From assembly GCA_964622835.1 (NCBI GenBank), contig CAZUSA010000001.1, positions 223,468-287,467 of the forward strand: a DNA stretch of 64,000 nt, in the 5' to 3' direction. Positions 30,025 through 39,992 of this stretch are shown piece after piece (positions within the stretch are counted from its first letter, which is position 1; each line of letters begins with the position of its first letter). The notes under the pieces were generated by a model. The model did not search any database. It was not told where the DNA came from and worked only from the letters and a program-made list of their open reading frames with translations. A program made the position numbers and the translations under genes. This DNA is from Candidatus Woesearchaeota archaeon. GTDB lineage: Archaea; Nanobdellota; Nanobdellia; SCGC-AAA011-G17; UBA489.

Positions 30025-31174
30025 GAAAGTTTATTTTTCGAGTATTAGTATTCATACATATATGAAGAGTTTGTTGAAGAATCCTCCTGAAGGGTATGAG
30101 TTTGTTGTTAATGAACAAGAAAAAACAAAGAAAGTAATGGATAGTGTAAGAAAAAGTAAGATATTAACCTCGTTGTATACTCATGTTGTTAAAAAGTTTT
30201 GTAACGGATTAACATTAACAAATAAAATTTCTCATAAGAAAGCACCTGATGATGTTGATTTAATTTTTTCTACAGGTCAATTGATTGATGAAAAGAAACC
30301 ATGGGTTATCAAGTTATTAGATTCTCCTTTTGCATTGGGTGGTAATGATTATAAGATTTTTTTAAAAAATAAAGATACGATTGAAGAAAAGTTATTGTCA
30401 CCATATTGTAAAAAAATTATTGTGCATACTAATATTGCTAAGGCAAAGATGGCTCACTTTTTTTCAGAAAAAGTTATTGATAAGATTGAGGTTATGACGC
30501 CTGCTATTCCATTAACGATTACTAAAAAAGAACGTCATGGAACTGATTTTAATATGTTATTTATTGGTTCTATTAATAATCCTGATGATTTTATTATGAA
30601 AGGTGGTATTGATGCAATTAAAGCATATCGTGCATTAAAGAAGAAGTATGATAATGTTCATTTAACGATTAAGTGTAAGATTCCTGACACTATAAAGAAA
30701 GAGTATGATTTATCGGGTATTACTGTTATTGAGGATATTATTTCTTTAGAAGCAGTGCAAGCATTGTACAAGAATGCTGATATTATGTTGATGCAGGGGT
30801 ATGGTGGATATATGATCATGGCATATATGGAAGCGTTTTCATATGGCACTCCTATTATTGCCTTAGATACCTTTGGTGTAAGTGACTTTATTGAAAATGA
30901 AAAAACAGGATTCCGTATAAAACCGGAACCTAATGAAGAAATGGAGAGTCCTGCATATCCTTCTAATTCACGTTCTGTAAAGTTTCTTAAGAGTTTAGAA
31001 GAAAGTGGTGATCGGGTTACAAATGAAAGTGTTAAAAAAATTGAGTTATTGATTAATAATCCTGAGCTTTTAAAGCGTATGAGTGAAGAGTGCCAAAAAC
31101 GTGCAGCACGTGAGTTTTCATTTGATAAGAAAAGAAAAACTTTAAAACGTATTTTTGATGAGGCTACAGCATGA
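30011..31174 (+). CDS. glycosyltransferase (GT-B fold, GT1/GT4-like)
   Basis: C-terminal EAFSYGTPIIALDTFGVSDFIENEKTGFRI resembles the GT4 donor-binding EX7E region. Confidence 0.5.
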   Translation: MKPLKKVYFSSISIHTYMKSLLKNPPEGYEFVVNEQEKTKKVMDSVRKSKILTSLYTHVVKKFCNGLTLTNKISHKKAPDDVDLIFSTGQLIDEKKPWVIKLLDSPFALGGNDYKIFLKNKDTIEEKLLSPYCKKIIVHTNIAKAKMAHFFSEKVIDKIEVMTPAIPLTITKKERHGTDFNMLFIGSINNPDDFIMKGGIDAIKAYRALKKKYDNVHLTIKCKIPDTIKKEYDLSGITVIEDIISLEAVQALYKNADIMLMQGYGGYMIMAYMEAFSYGTPIIALDTFGVSDFIENEKTGFRIKPEPNEEMESPAYPSNSRSVKFLKSLEESGDRVTNESVKKIELLINNPELLKRMSEECQKRAAREFSFDKKRKTLKRIFDEATA

Positions 31175-32388
31175 GTTTCAGAACAACATGTTTAATATGT
31201 GAAAGTACTGATCTTAAAGAGATTGTTCATTTAGGTCAACAGCCTTTTGCTGATACGTTTGTATCAAAAAAGCGAGAAAGCGATCCTGATCGAATGTATC
31301 CTTTAGTATGTGATTTATGTAGGTCCTGCGGCAATGTACAATTACGATGTGTTACAGAACCAGAACGACGTTATAGCGAACATGAATATTCGTATACATC
31401 TTCTAATTCCAAGTTTTCTCGTGATCATTGGGATGCGTATGCTGATGAAGTTATTGCTTCCACAAAGGCAAAGGAAGGTGGATTGATTGTGGAGATTGGT
31501 TCGAATGATGGCTACTTGAGTGCAAATTTCGTAAAGAAAGGATACAACGTTATTGGTGTTGATCCTTCTGAACATATGGCTAAACTAGCAAAGGAACGTG
31601 ACGTTGAGACGTGTGTTGGTTTGTTTAATGAAGCTATTGCAAAAGAGATCATTGAAAAATATGGTAAGGCTGATCTTATTATTGCAAATAATGTATATAA
31701 TCATTCTGATAATCCCGTTGCATTTACAAAAGCTGTTGCATTATTACTTGCTGATGATGGATGTTTTGTTTCTGAACAACCCTATTGGCAGATTGGTTTG
31801 GAAGAAGGAAAGTTTGATCAAATTTATCATGAACATATTAGTTATTTTACGGTTAAGTCAATAACAAAATTATTGGAACGTGCACAATTACATGTTAGTA
31901 ATGCATGCGTTGTTGATTATCATGGTGGTTCATTACGAACGTTTGCAAAGAAGCAAGAAGGGACTACTGAAAATAATGATATTGCAACGTTGCTTGAACG
32001 TGAAGAATCCTATGGCACATTTACTGAAGAGGTATACAAAACGTTAATGAAAAAGGTGTTAGAACATAGAAATGCTTTTTTACAAAAATTATACAAGATG
32101 AAAAGTGAAGGGGCTACCATTATTGGTGTTGGTGCTGCTGCAAAGGCTAATACGTTTCTCAATTATTACAACATTGATGCTACGCTTTTAGATTATGTTA
32201 CTGATGCGTCACCCCACAAGCAAGGTAAGTTTACTCCTGGAACAAGAATTCCCATTACGGGTGATGAGGTCTTTGCAAAGTATGATAAACCCTATGCGTT
32301 AATTTTATCATGGAATATTTCAGGGATGCTGAAAGAGATTTTATTGAAGATTAATCCCAATATTCAATTCCTATCATTAGCAGACTAG
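31171..32388 (+). CDS. NDP-hexose C-methyltransferase (TylC3/NovU-like: Zn-ribbon + SAM MTase + C-methyltransferase C-terminal domain)
   Basis: N-terminal CLICES...CDLCRSCGN zinc ribbon, SAM motif VEIGSNDGYL, and a C-terminal domain typical of the sugar 3-C-methyltransferase family. Confidence 0.65.
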   Translation: MSFRTTCLICESTDLKEIVHLGQQPFADTFVSKKRESDPDRMYPLVCDLCRSCGNVQLRCVTEPERRYSEHEYSYTSSNSKFSRDHWDAYADEVIASTKAKEGGLIVEIGSNDGYLSANFVKKGYNVIGVDPSEHMAKLAKERDVETCVGLFNEAIAKEIIEKYGKADLIIANNVYNHSDNPVAFTKAVALLLADDGCFVSEQPYWQIGLEEGKFDQIYHEHISYFTVKSITKLLERAQLHVSNACVVDYHGGSLRTFAKKQEGTTENNDIATLLEREESYGTFTEEVYKTLMKKVLEHRNAFLQKLYKMKSEGATIIGVGAAAKANTFLNYYNIDATLLDYVTDASPHKQGKFTPGTRIPITGDEVFAKYDKPYALILSWNISGMLKEILLKINPNIQFLSLAD

Positions 32389-32402
32389 AAAACCTTATAT
32401 AA

Positions 32403-32852
32403 TTGCAAGAAAAAATAAACAAAATGGAAATGAGAAATACCTGGAAAGATGTTAAAGAGCCGTTAGAGCTCCATGAAGATGAAAGAGGAAGGATCGCAGA
32501 TATTTTTTACAAGGAAGAGATTAATCACGTTGCTGTTATCGAAACAAAAATTGGGAATAATCAAGAGATTATTCGTGGGAATCATTATCACAAAGATGCA
32601 ACACAACATATGTTGATGACAGAAGGGTCGATGGAATATTGGTATAAACCCGTTGATTCTGATGAGCCTGCAAAAGTTGTTGTTCAACGAAAAGGTGATG
32701 TTATTTCAACACCTCCAAATGAAATTCATGCATTGCGATTTACTGAAGATGCTGCATTTGTAGTCTTTAGCCAAGGTGTTAGAGGCGGTAAGGATTATGA
32801 GTCTGATACGTTTAGAGTAGGTAATATTGTTGGCGATTCGCCTCAAGAGTAG
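32403..32852 (+). CDS. FdtA/WxcM-like cupin (NDP-4-keto-6-deoxyhexose 3,4-ketoisomerase-like)
   Basis: ERGRIADIF...RGNHYHKDATQHML parallels the FdtA motif RGFHAHK. Confidence 0.5.
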   Translation: MQEKINKMEMRNTWKDVKEPLELHEDERGRIADIFYKEEINHVAVIETKIGNNQEIIRGNHYHKDATQHMLMTEGSMEYWYKPVDSDEPAKVVVQRKGDVISTPPNEIHALRFTEDAAFVVFSQGVRGGKDYESDTFRVGNIVGDSPQE

Positions 32853-32856
32853 TACA

Positions 32857-33990
32857 CTAAGCGGTAATTAAAGGAACATCTGTTGCGTTACGTTTCAAAA
32901 ATTCTGGAAAACTAATACCTTGTGCATCTGCAACACGTGTCATGGCAACTGCAATATCAAGAGTATGTTGTAAGAGTGGGATGAATTCAGATCGTAGAGT
33001 AGGATATTCATCCGGTTTAACAATACGCATGCCATCATGACGGCCATCATGTTGAATATCTCCATGACCTGTTGCTACAAATTTATAACCGAAAGTATCT
33101 GTTCCCTTACCATGCCCAAAAGGATCTGTCCCATATAATTCTCTACTAACATGAAGAAGTTTTAGGTCTGAAATTTCTAATCTACATTCGCCTTTAACAC
33201 GTTCTCCTATTGAATCTAAAAGAGGAACACCACGAGCAACACGACCACCAGTGAAGAGCCATTCCTTATCAATCGGGACACCATCTCTTCGTAAAAGAAC
33301 AAATCCTTGTGAGGGTTCATGATATACAAGAGCATCAGATGTAAAGAGACATGAATGTTTATGAATTGAACTATACGTATCGTCATCTACAAACCCTGAT
33401 GTTAAACGAGCGAGGTCAACTAGTTCTCCACGTTCAACAGCATATTCAGATATGCCTCCCGGACGTCGTAAACCTTCAGCGACATCAATAATATCACGAA
33501 CAAAAGGATGGAGATCATTACGCACAGATGAAGTAGTATATGACTTGCAAGGGATAGTATGCACAGTCTTGTGGTTAGTATCTACTGAAACGTCTCCAGT
33601 AGCTTCAGCTAAAAAAACAGGAGATATAGTATCAGTTCCCTTGCCATTACCAAAATGATCTTGAGCTAAAAAGGCACGATTGTGTTGTAATAAAGTCAAA
33701 TCGTCAATAGTGAGCCCTGTTTCACTTCTTGCTTTTGTTCGTACAGCCTCTAAAAGAGGTATGCCTTTTGGCACACTGCCACCAGCAAGCCAAAATTCAC
33801 CTTGGAGAGGTTCTTCATTTCGTTCAAATAGAAGATAATTGCCATCCTGACGAATGAGTACATCAGCAGTAACCATAGCAGAATGATTATACATTGCTTC
33901 AAAAGGTCCATCAGGGACACGTCCACAGAGAAGCAGTTCACGGTCTATATGACCACCATTCTCAACAGTAAATTCTGTATACTCTGTCAT
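32857..33990 (-). CDS. tandem-duplicated Nudix-like protein (possible GDP-sugar hydrolase, Gmm-like)
   Basis: Two internal repeats (EFWLAGGSVPKGIPLLEAVRTKARSETGL...HFGNGKGTDT and EWLFTGGRVARGVPLLDSIGERVKGECRL...PFGHGKGTDT), each with a degenerate Nudix box; lies next to gmd. Confidence 0.5.
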   Translation of the reverse strand: MTEYTEFTVENGGHIDRELLLCGRVPDGPFEAMYNHSAMVTADVLIRQDGNYLLFERNEEPLQGEFWLAGGSVPKGIPLLEAVRTKARSETGLTIDDLTLLQHNRAFLAQDHFGNGKGTDTISPVFLAEATGDVSVDTNHKTVHTIPCKSYTTSSVRNDLHPFVRDIIDVAEGLRRPGGISEYAVERGELVDLARLTSGFVDDDTYSSIHKHSCLFTSDALVYHEPSQGFVLLRRDGVPIDKEWLFTGGRVARGVPLLDSIGERVKGECRLEISDLKLLHVSRELYGTDPFGHGKGTDTFGYKFVATGHGDIQHDGRHDGMRIVKPDEYPTLRSEFIPLLQHTLDIAVAMTRVADAQGISFPEFLKRNATDVPLITA

Positions 33991-33992
33991 TA

Positions 33993-35093
33993 TTATTGTC
34001 GTCGAGAAGTAAGTTCTTTTGCTTTCTCGATGTAGTATCCTTCTTCACGTTCTACACCATTTTCCACAGGGAGTATTCCTTTTGCTTCAAATTTTTCTTT
34101 TAATTCTGCGTCAAGCATCATGGTTACTAATTCTTTGAATTTTACTTTTGGTTCCCATTGAAGAACATTTTTTGCTTTTGTTGCATCACCAAGTAATGCT
34201 GGTACTTCTGCTGGTCGTTTGTATCGATCACTAATAACTAAATGGTCTTCGTAGTTTAAACCAACTAAAGAAAATGATTCTTTAAGGAAGTCTCGCACAG
34301 TGTGTGTTTCTTCTGTTGCAATAACAAAGTCATCTGGCGTATCATGTTGTAAGATTTTCCACATAGCTTCGACGTAGTCTCCTGAAAAGCCCCAGTCACG
34401 TTTAGCGTCAAGATTACCAAGAGTAATTTTGTCTTTTTCGCCTGCTACAATACTTGCGAGTTCTTGCATGATTTTTTTTGTAACAAAGTTGTATCCACGT
34501 CGTGGAGATTCATGATTGAATAATATGCCATTAGCTGTAAATAATCCATATGCATTTCTGTATAATCGTGTAAGGTGGTATGCAGCAAGTTTTGCAACAC
34601 CATAAGGACTTTGTGGCAACATAGCTGTTGTTTCACTTTGTGGGGGGGGTGAGATGCCAAACATTTCTGAAGAGGATGCTTGGTAGAATCGTGCATTTGA
34701 TTTCATATCTTTTAATGCTTCAAGAATACGCAGTGTACCAAGAGTGTTAATATTAATGGTTGATTGTGCATTGCCAAAGCTAATACCTACGTGACTTTGT
34801 GCTGCAAGATTATAAATTTCGTCCGGTTGGAATTTTTCAAGGATAGAACGAATGCTTGAAGCGTCAGTAATATCTGCGTAGACTACTAAAAATTGTGAAT
34901 TAACATCGTCTTCAGAACCATATTTTTGTACGAGGTGTTCAATACGTTTTGTGTTTAATGTACTTGAACGGCGTACTATTCCTCGAACGCGATAGCCTTT
35001 ACTAATAAGAAGTTCTGAAAGGTACGAACCATCTTGTCCAGATATCCCTGTAATTAATGCTACTTTTCCCGAAGGCATAACCACGATCCGCAA
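33993..35093 (-). CDS. gmd: GDP-mannose 4,6-dehydratase
   Basis: VALITGISGQDGSYLSELLISKGYRVRGIVRRSS and a strong full-length resemblance to Gmd. Confidence 0.85.
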   Translation of the reverse strand: MRIVVMPSGKVALITGISGQDGSYLSELLISKGYRVRGIVRRSSTLNTKRIEHLVQKYGSEDDVNSQFLVVYADITDASSIRSILEKFQPDEIYNLAAQSHVGISFGNAQSTININTLGTLRILEALKDMKSNARFYQASSSEMFGISPPPQSETTAMLPQSPYGVAKLAAYHLTRLYRNAYGLFTANGILFNHESPRRGYNFVTKKIMQELASIVAGEKDKITLGNLDAKRDWGFSGDYVEAMWKILQHDTPDDFVIATEETHTVRDFLKESFSLVGLNYEDHLVISDRYKRPAEVPALLGDATKAKNVLQWEPKVKFKELVTMMLDAELKEKFEAKGILPVENGVEREEGYYIEKAKELTSRRQ

Positions 35094-35179
35094 ATCTTGC
35101 TATTTAAAGTTTCTTGTTTCTGCTTTATAAACAAAAAAATGAAGAAGGTTTTTAAAGAAAACAGCTTTGTAGAGAGCCT

Positions 35180-36976
35180 ATGGGGTCAAAGAAAGACATT
35201 GATTATCTTGACAAGATATTGAATGTTGTGTTAACAAAGAATGCTGCAAAGTACTTATTGTACATCATTCTTCTAGGGAGTATTCTTCGATATTTCATTG
35301 CAAGAAATGTTTCTTTTTTAGGTGATGAGATGATTCATGGAAGCCAGTCATTAAACATTGTTGGTTCTAAAATGATTGGAACAGCTTTGGAATCCCCTTT
35401 GTGGTATTATGTGACAGATATTTTTCATAACATCTTTGGTGTAACAATTGTTAGTAGTCGGTTTACTTCGCTTCTTTTCGGTGTTGCTTCTCTTGCGTTA
35501 TTATATTTACTTGTTTCATATTTGTGGAATAAAAAAACGGGATTACTTGCTGCAGGTATTTTAGCTGTTTCAACATTCCATATTCGTTACACACTTATTG
35601 AAATGGATATTATGTTTACTTTTTTTGTTATCGCAAGCACGTACATGCTTATACGTGGTGTTCGTGAAAAGAAAGATCTTCTCACATATATTTCTTCAGT
35701 ATTGTTAGGTATTGCTGTTTTAACTAAGACTATTGCATTATTTTTTGCATTGCCATTATTTGTTTATTTGTTTTATACAGAAAGAAAAGATTGGAAAAAA
35801 GCAATAAAAAAAGCACTCATATATGGCATAATCTTATTTGTTCTCATTAGCCCTATTCTTTTCCATAACATCCTCTTATATCAAGAAAAAGGATATACTG
35901 ATTTGTATGTTGGACAATATTTTGATATTAACAAGGAAGCACAACAACAAATTGTTGAAGAAAAGTATCTTAACCCATTTAGTGTGAGTGAAATGGGCAA
36001 AACTACGTGGGCACGTATAAAAGATCCTTTCCTCACACAAGATCCTATCATCTTTTTATTGGGTGTTATTGGCCTAGTAACAGCTTTCTGGTTGTGGCGT
36101 ACAAAAGAACATTACTTACTAGCGGGCATGATTATTTTAGGATGGTTTTTAGAAACAGGAACAAATAGTTTACCAACACATTACATCCCATATATTGTTT
36201 TATTCAGCATTTATGCAGCATATATTCTCAATAAAGTTCTTGAGCTTCCTTCACTAAAGAAAGTACCAAAACAAATACCTGCAATTCTGATTGGAATTAT
36301 TTTGTTAGCAAATATTTTCATTGTTTCAGCACCTTTACAAGACCATCTAACAAGTACAACGGGAAATAAAGATATGCGTGATTTTGTAAGAGAGGAAATA
36401 CCTGAAAATGCTTTGCTTATTGTTGATTCCCGTATTTATCGTGGAAGAGTTGCATGGTTATTTCATGATAGGAGACATGTTGAATCCATGACATTCGCAG
36501 GTATTATTAATCAAGTGAATCAAGAAAATTTTACAGTAGAAGCTAAGGATGTGTATTTTATTGAATGCGGTATTGATGATTGTGGTTGGGGAACGATTGG
36601 TAACAGCAAGCTTAATACTACAACGGAGGAATTAGTACAAATTTTTAGTCAAGGTGCAACATTGCTCAAAGAAATACCAAGTGGCGGAGGGTATAATGAG
36701 GATACTGGTACAACACATTTTAAAGTATACAAAGCAACTATTGAATTACCACAGGGCATAGAACAAGCATTTGTTGAGTATGCCTGGTTATTCCACCCTA
36801 TTCAAAGCAAGGGTAGTGATTGGGATGCATACACACCACATCCAAAGACATTCATAGGAAAAACAATGTGGTTGTTCAGTTATCTAATATTATGGATAAC
36901 AATCATATTAGCCCTTTTAGCCCCTTTCGCACTCATATATGAGCTGGGTAAACAAAAGATTTTTAACACCAAATAA
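35180..36976 (+). CDS. GT-C fold glycosyltransferase (ArnT/PMT-like, GT39/GT83-type)
   Basis: 598 aa polytopic; first extracytoplasmic loop carries the DE motif (FLGDEMIHG). Confidence 0.6.
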   Translation: MGSKKDIDYLDKILNVVLTKNAAKYLLYIILLGSILRYFIARNVSFLGDEMIHGSQSLNIVGSKMIGTALESPLWYYVTDIFHNIFGVTIVSSRFTSLLFGVASLALLYLLVSYLWNKKTGLLAAGILAVSTFHIRYTLIEMDIMFTFFVIASTYMLIRGVREKKDLLTYISSVLLGIAVLTKTIALFFALPLFVYLFYTERKDWKKAIKKALIYGIILFVLISPILFHNILLYQEKGYTDLYVGQYFDINKEAQQQIVEEKYLNPFSVSEMGKTTWARIKDPFLTQDPIIFLLGVIGLVTAFWLWRTKEHYLLAGMIILGWFLETGTNSLPTHYIPYIVLFSIYAAYILNKVLELPSLKKVPKQIPAILIGIILLANIFIVSAPLQDHLTSTTGNKDMRDFVREEIPENALLIVDSRIYRGRVAWLFHDRRHVESMTFAGIINQVNQENFTVEAKDVYFIECGIDDCGWGTIGNSKLNTTTEELVQIFSQGATLLKEIPSGGGYNEDTGTTHFKVYKATIELPQGIEQAFVEYAWLFHPIQSKGSDWDAYTPHPKTFIGKTMWLFSYLILWITIILALLAPFALIYELGKQKIFNTK

Positions 36977-36989
36977 AGAGATCACCACA

Positions 36990-37676
36990 ATGAAACTATC
37001 AGTAATTATTCCCGCATATAATGAAAGTGCAACTATTAAGGAGTTGATGGAACAAATTTTTGCTGTTCCTTTGAATATGGAGATTATTATTGTTGATGAT
37101 GGTAGTACTGATGGTACGAGAGAGTTATTGGTGAAAGAGTATGGCGATAATAACAAAGTAAAGATTTTTTTCCATAAAAAGAACATGGGTAAAGGTAGCG
37201 GCATACGCACGGGAATAAAACATGCTACAGGAGATATTGTTATCATCCAAGATGCTGATTTAGAATATGATCCTAAAGATTATGTTAAGCTTGTACAACC
37301 TATTATTGACGGTGAAACAGAAGTTGTGTATGGTTCTCGTTTTTTGAGTAAAACAAATAAGTATTTTTTTAGTATGAATCTTGTTGCAACAAAATTATTA
37401 ACGTTGATGGCTAACGTATTATACAACGCTCAAATAACTGACGAGCCTACCTGTTACAAAGTCTTTTCAAAGAAGGCTATTGATAGTGTTGATTTAAAAT
37501 GTAAACGATTTGAATTTTGCCCTGAGGTTACTGCAAAGATAAAAAAGAATGGATATAACATTAAGGAATTACCTATTGCGTATAGACCAAGAACGAAAGA
37601 TGAGGGGAAACATATTCGATGGTATGATGGTGGGGAAGCCATTTGGACGCTCATAAAGTATAGAATAATAAAATGA
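36990..37676 (+). CDS. polyprenyl-phosphate sugar synthase, GT2 (DPM1/ArnC-like)
   Basis: MKLSVIIPAYNE...IIIVDDGSTDGT...GKGSGIRTG...IIQDADLEYDP is the classic DPM1-like pattern; start at internal Met 36990. Confidence 0.75.
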   Translation: MKLSVIIPAYNESATIKELMEQIFAVPLNMEIIIVDDGSTDGTRELLVKEYGDNNKVKIFFHKKNMGKGSGIRTGIKHATGDIVIIQDADLEYDPKDYVKLVQPIIDGETEVVYGSRFLSKTNKYFFSMNLVATKLLTLMANVLYNAQITDEPTCYKVFSKKAIDSVDLKCKRFEFCPEVTAKIKKNGYNIKELPIAYRPRTKDEGKHIRWYDGGEAIWTLIKYRIIK

Positions 37677-38638
37677 AACATAGATTAAGAAACACCCTTG
37701 CTACGCTCTTAGGCATTGTTCTTATAGGTGGTATCTTGTATTATATGGATGTTGGTGAGTTTCTTAAGAAAATAAAAGATATTTCTCCTTTGTGGGTTAT
37801 TATTTCTTCTGTTATTGTTTTAGTATCCTATATTTTCCGTGCATTGCGACTTAAGGTGTATACACCATTATCAACAAAGATATTATTTGGTGTGGTTATT
37901 GGTGGGTATTCACTCAACGCATTACTACCTTTGAAGATTGGTGATATTGCTATGATTGCCATGTTGAAAAAGTATGGTATGGAATTAAAAAGAAGTATTA
38001 ATGTTATTGTTCATTGTAGAATTCTTGATTTACTTGCGTTAGCATTAATTACCGCTCCATTAAGTTTTTTGTATGTGAATGAAGAATTAAGTGTCTTACC
38101 CCAAACAACAGGTATTTTTTTAGTAGTCTTTGGTTTCCTTGCTATTGTTTATTTATTCAAGAAAGGATTATTTACAAAAATTATTCAAATTGTTGAGGGC
38201 AAATTACAAGTTGGTTTATTTAAGAAAGTCATTAAGAAAGGTGTTGAACAAGCTGAAGATTATGGCAAACTTATCACAAATGGTAATATGCTTGCATTAT
38301 TCTATTCTATTATGAGTTGGGTTATGGATGGATTAGTTGCGTATACTATTGCTGTTGGTTTGAATGAAGAAATATCTTTTGGGTTGATTCTTATTGCAGT
38401 AACAATTGCTAATATTTCTAAAGTTATTCCTGCGACACCTGGGGGTATTGGACTCTACGAAGGAACAATGATTCTTTTCCTTGGATATTTTGGAGTAAGC
38501 GCATTAACGGCAGGGACGATTGCTATTGTTGAGCATTTATTAAAAAACATAATTACTATCGCTGTGGGAGGTTCGATACTGTTAAAAAGAGGCCTCGGTA
38601 AAACAAAAATTGGGGAGCTCATAGAAAATGAAAATTAG
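37673..38638 (+). CDS. UPF0104/LPG-synthase-TM-like membrane protein (flippase-like)
   Basis: 8-TM protein with a PATPGGIGLYEGTM segment; the family commonly follows DPM1-like GT2 genes. Confidence 0.5.
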   Translation: MKHRLRNTLATLLGIVLIGGILYYMDVGEFLKKIKDISPLWVIISSVIVLVSYIFRALRLKVYTPLSTKILFGVVIGGYSLNALLPLKIGDIAMIAMLKKYGMELKRSINVIVHCRILDLLALALITAPLSFLYVNEELSVLPQTTGIFLVVFGFLAIVYLFKKGLFTKIIQIVEGKLQVGLFKKVIKKGVEQAEDYGKLITNGNMLALFYSIMSWVMDGLVAYTIAVGLNEEISFGLILIAVTIANISKVIPATPGGIGLYEGTMILFLGYFGVSALTAGTIAIVEHLLKNIITIAVGGSILLKRGLGKTKIGELIENEN

Positions 38639-39992
38639 TATACTCGGCGCAGGACCCTCTGGATTGGGCATTGGAAGAATTCTTTCTAAAAATAATAGTG
38701 TTACTGTATATGAAAAAACAGGAAAGATTGGTGGTATGGCTGCCAGCTTTAAACACGGTCCTTTCATGTTAGATTATGGTCCTCATAAATTATATTCACA
38801 GATTCCTGGCATTATTGATGAGATTAAGAAGATTGTTCCCACTAATTTATTGAAGGTGCCAAAGAAGAATAGTATTGTGTTAAAGGGTAAGTATCTTTCT
38901 TTTCCACCAAAGTTATCACAAATTCTTACACGTTTAAATCCTATCATAGGTATAAAGTCTGGTATTTCTATAATTCTTTCTAAGTTTAAGAAGTATGAAG
39001 GAACATCATATGAAACACGGTTAAGAAAGAGTTTTGGTGATACATTATATAATCTTATTTTTAGGGATATTGCCTATAAGGTGTGGGGTGATCCAAAAAC
39101 ATTAACAGAAGAATTGGCTATTAAGCGTGTTCCCTTAAAGAGTTTTGGTGAGTTAATTAGAAGTGTTTTATTTGGTGTTAAAGAGAAAGAAAGTGCTGAG
39201 CATTTTTATTATCCAAAAGATGGGTTGTGGGTGGTTAGTGATAATTTAAAGAATGAAATTGAAAAGAATAATGGTTCTATTGTGTTGAATGAAGAAATTA
39301 AACATATTAATCTTAAGAATGGTCTTGTTGAAAATCTTGAGTTACATAATGGTACAAAGGTAAAAACAGATTATTTAGTTTCAACGATTCATTTACATAC
39401 ATTTTTACCGTTAATCAATCCAAAACCACCTGAAGAAGTATTCAATGCAGTAAATCAATTAAAGTATCGTGATCTCAAGGTGTTATTTTTGGTTATTAAC
39501 AAAGAGCGTGCATTGAATGATAGTTGGATTTTCTTTCCAGAGAAAAAGTATATGTTTAGTAGAATTTCTGAACAAAAAGCATTTAGTGAGTATACCTCAC
39601 CAAAGGATAAGACGGTCATAATGGTTGAAATCCCCACAGATGACAGTATTCAGATCACTGAAGAAGAGATCATGAAAGAGATTGTACCCCAGTTAGAAGA
39701 GCTAAATATCGCTAAAAAGGAAGAGATTGAAGAACATTTCATTCGAAAAGCACGTCGTGTCTATCCTATTTATCACATTGATTACAAGAAACATTTACGT
39801 GTTATTTTTGATTATTTAGCTACGATAAAGAATGTGAAGAGTTTTGGAAGACAAGGTCTTTTCAATTACAATAATATTGATCATTGTTTGGATATGGCTA
39901 TGCGTGTTGGTAAGCATATTGATGAAAAGAAAAGTGATAAAGAGTGGGAAGAGTTACTTGAGTATTTTGATAGTTATATGATTGTTGATTAA
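38628..39992 (+). CDS. FAD/NAD(P)-binding oxidoreductase (amine-oxidase/UDP-galactopyranose-mutase-like fold)
   Basis: N-terminal dinucleotide-binding ISILGAGPSGLGIGRIL...VYEKTGKIGGMAAS. Confidence 0.5.
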   Translation: MKISILGAGPSGLGIGRILSKNNSVTVYEKTGKIGGMAASFKHGPFMLDYGPHKLYSQIPGIIDEIKKIVPTNLLKVPKKNSIVLKGKYLSFPPKLSQILTRLNPIIGIKSGISIILSKFKKYEGTSYETRLRKSFGDTLYNLIFRDIAYKVWGDPKTLTEELAIKRVPLKSFGELIRSVLFGVKEKESAEHFYYPKDGLWVVSDNLKNEIEKNNGSIVLNEEIKHINLKNGLVENLELHNGTKVKTDYLVSTIHLHTFLPLINPKPPEEVFNAVNQLKYRDLKVLFLVINKERALNDSWIFFPEKKYMFSRISEQKAFSEYTSPKDKTVIMVEIPTDDSIQITEEEIMKEIVPQLEELNIAKKEEIEEHFIRKARRVYPIYHIDYKKHLRVIFDYLATIKNVKSFGRQGLFNYNNIDHCLDMAMRVGKHIDEKKSDKEWEELLEYFDSYMIVD

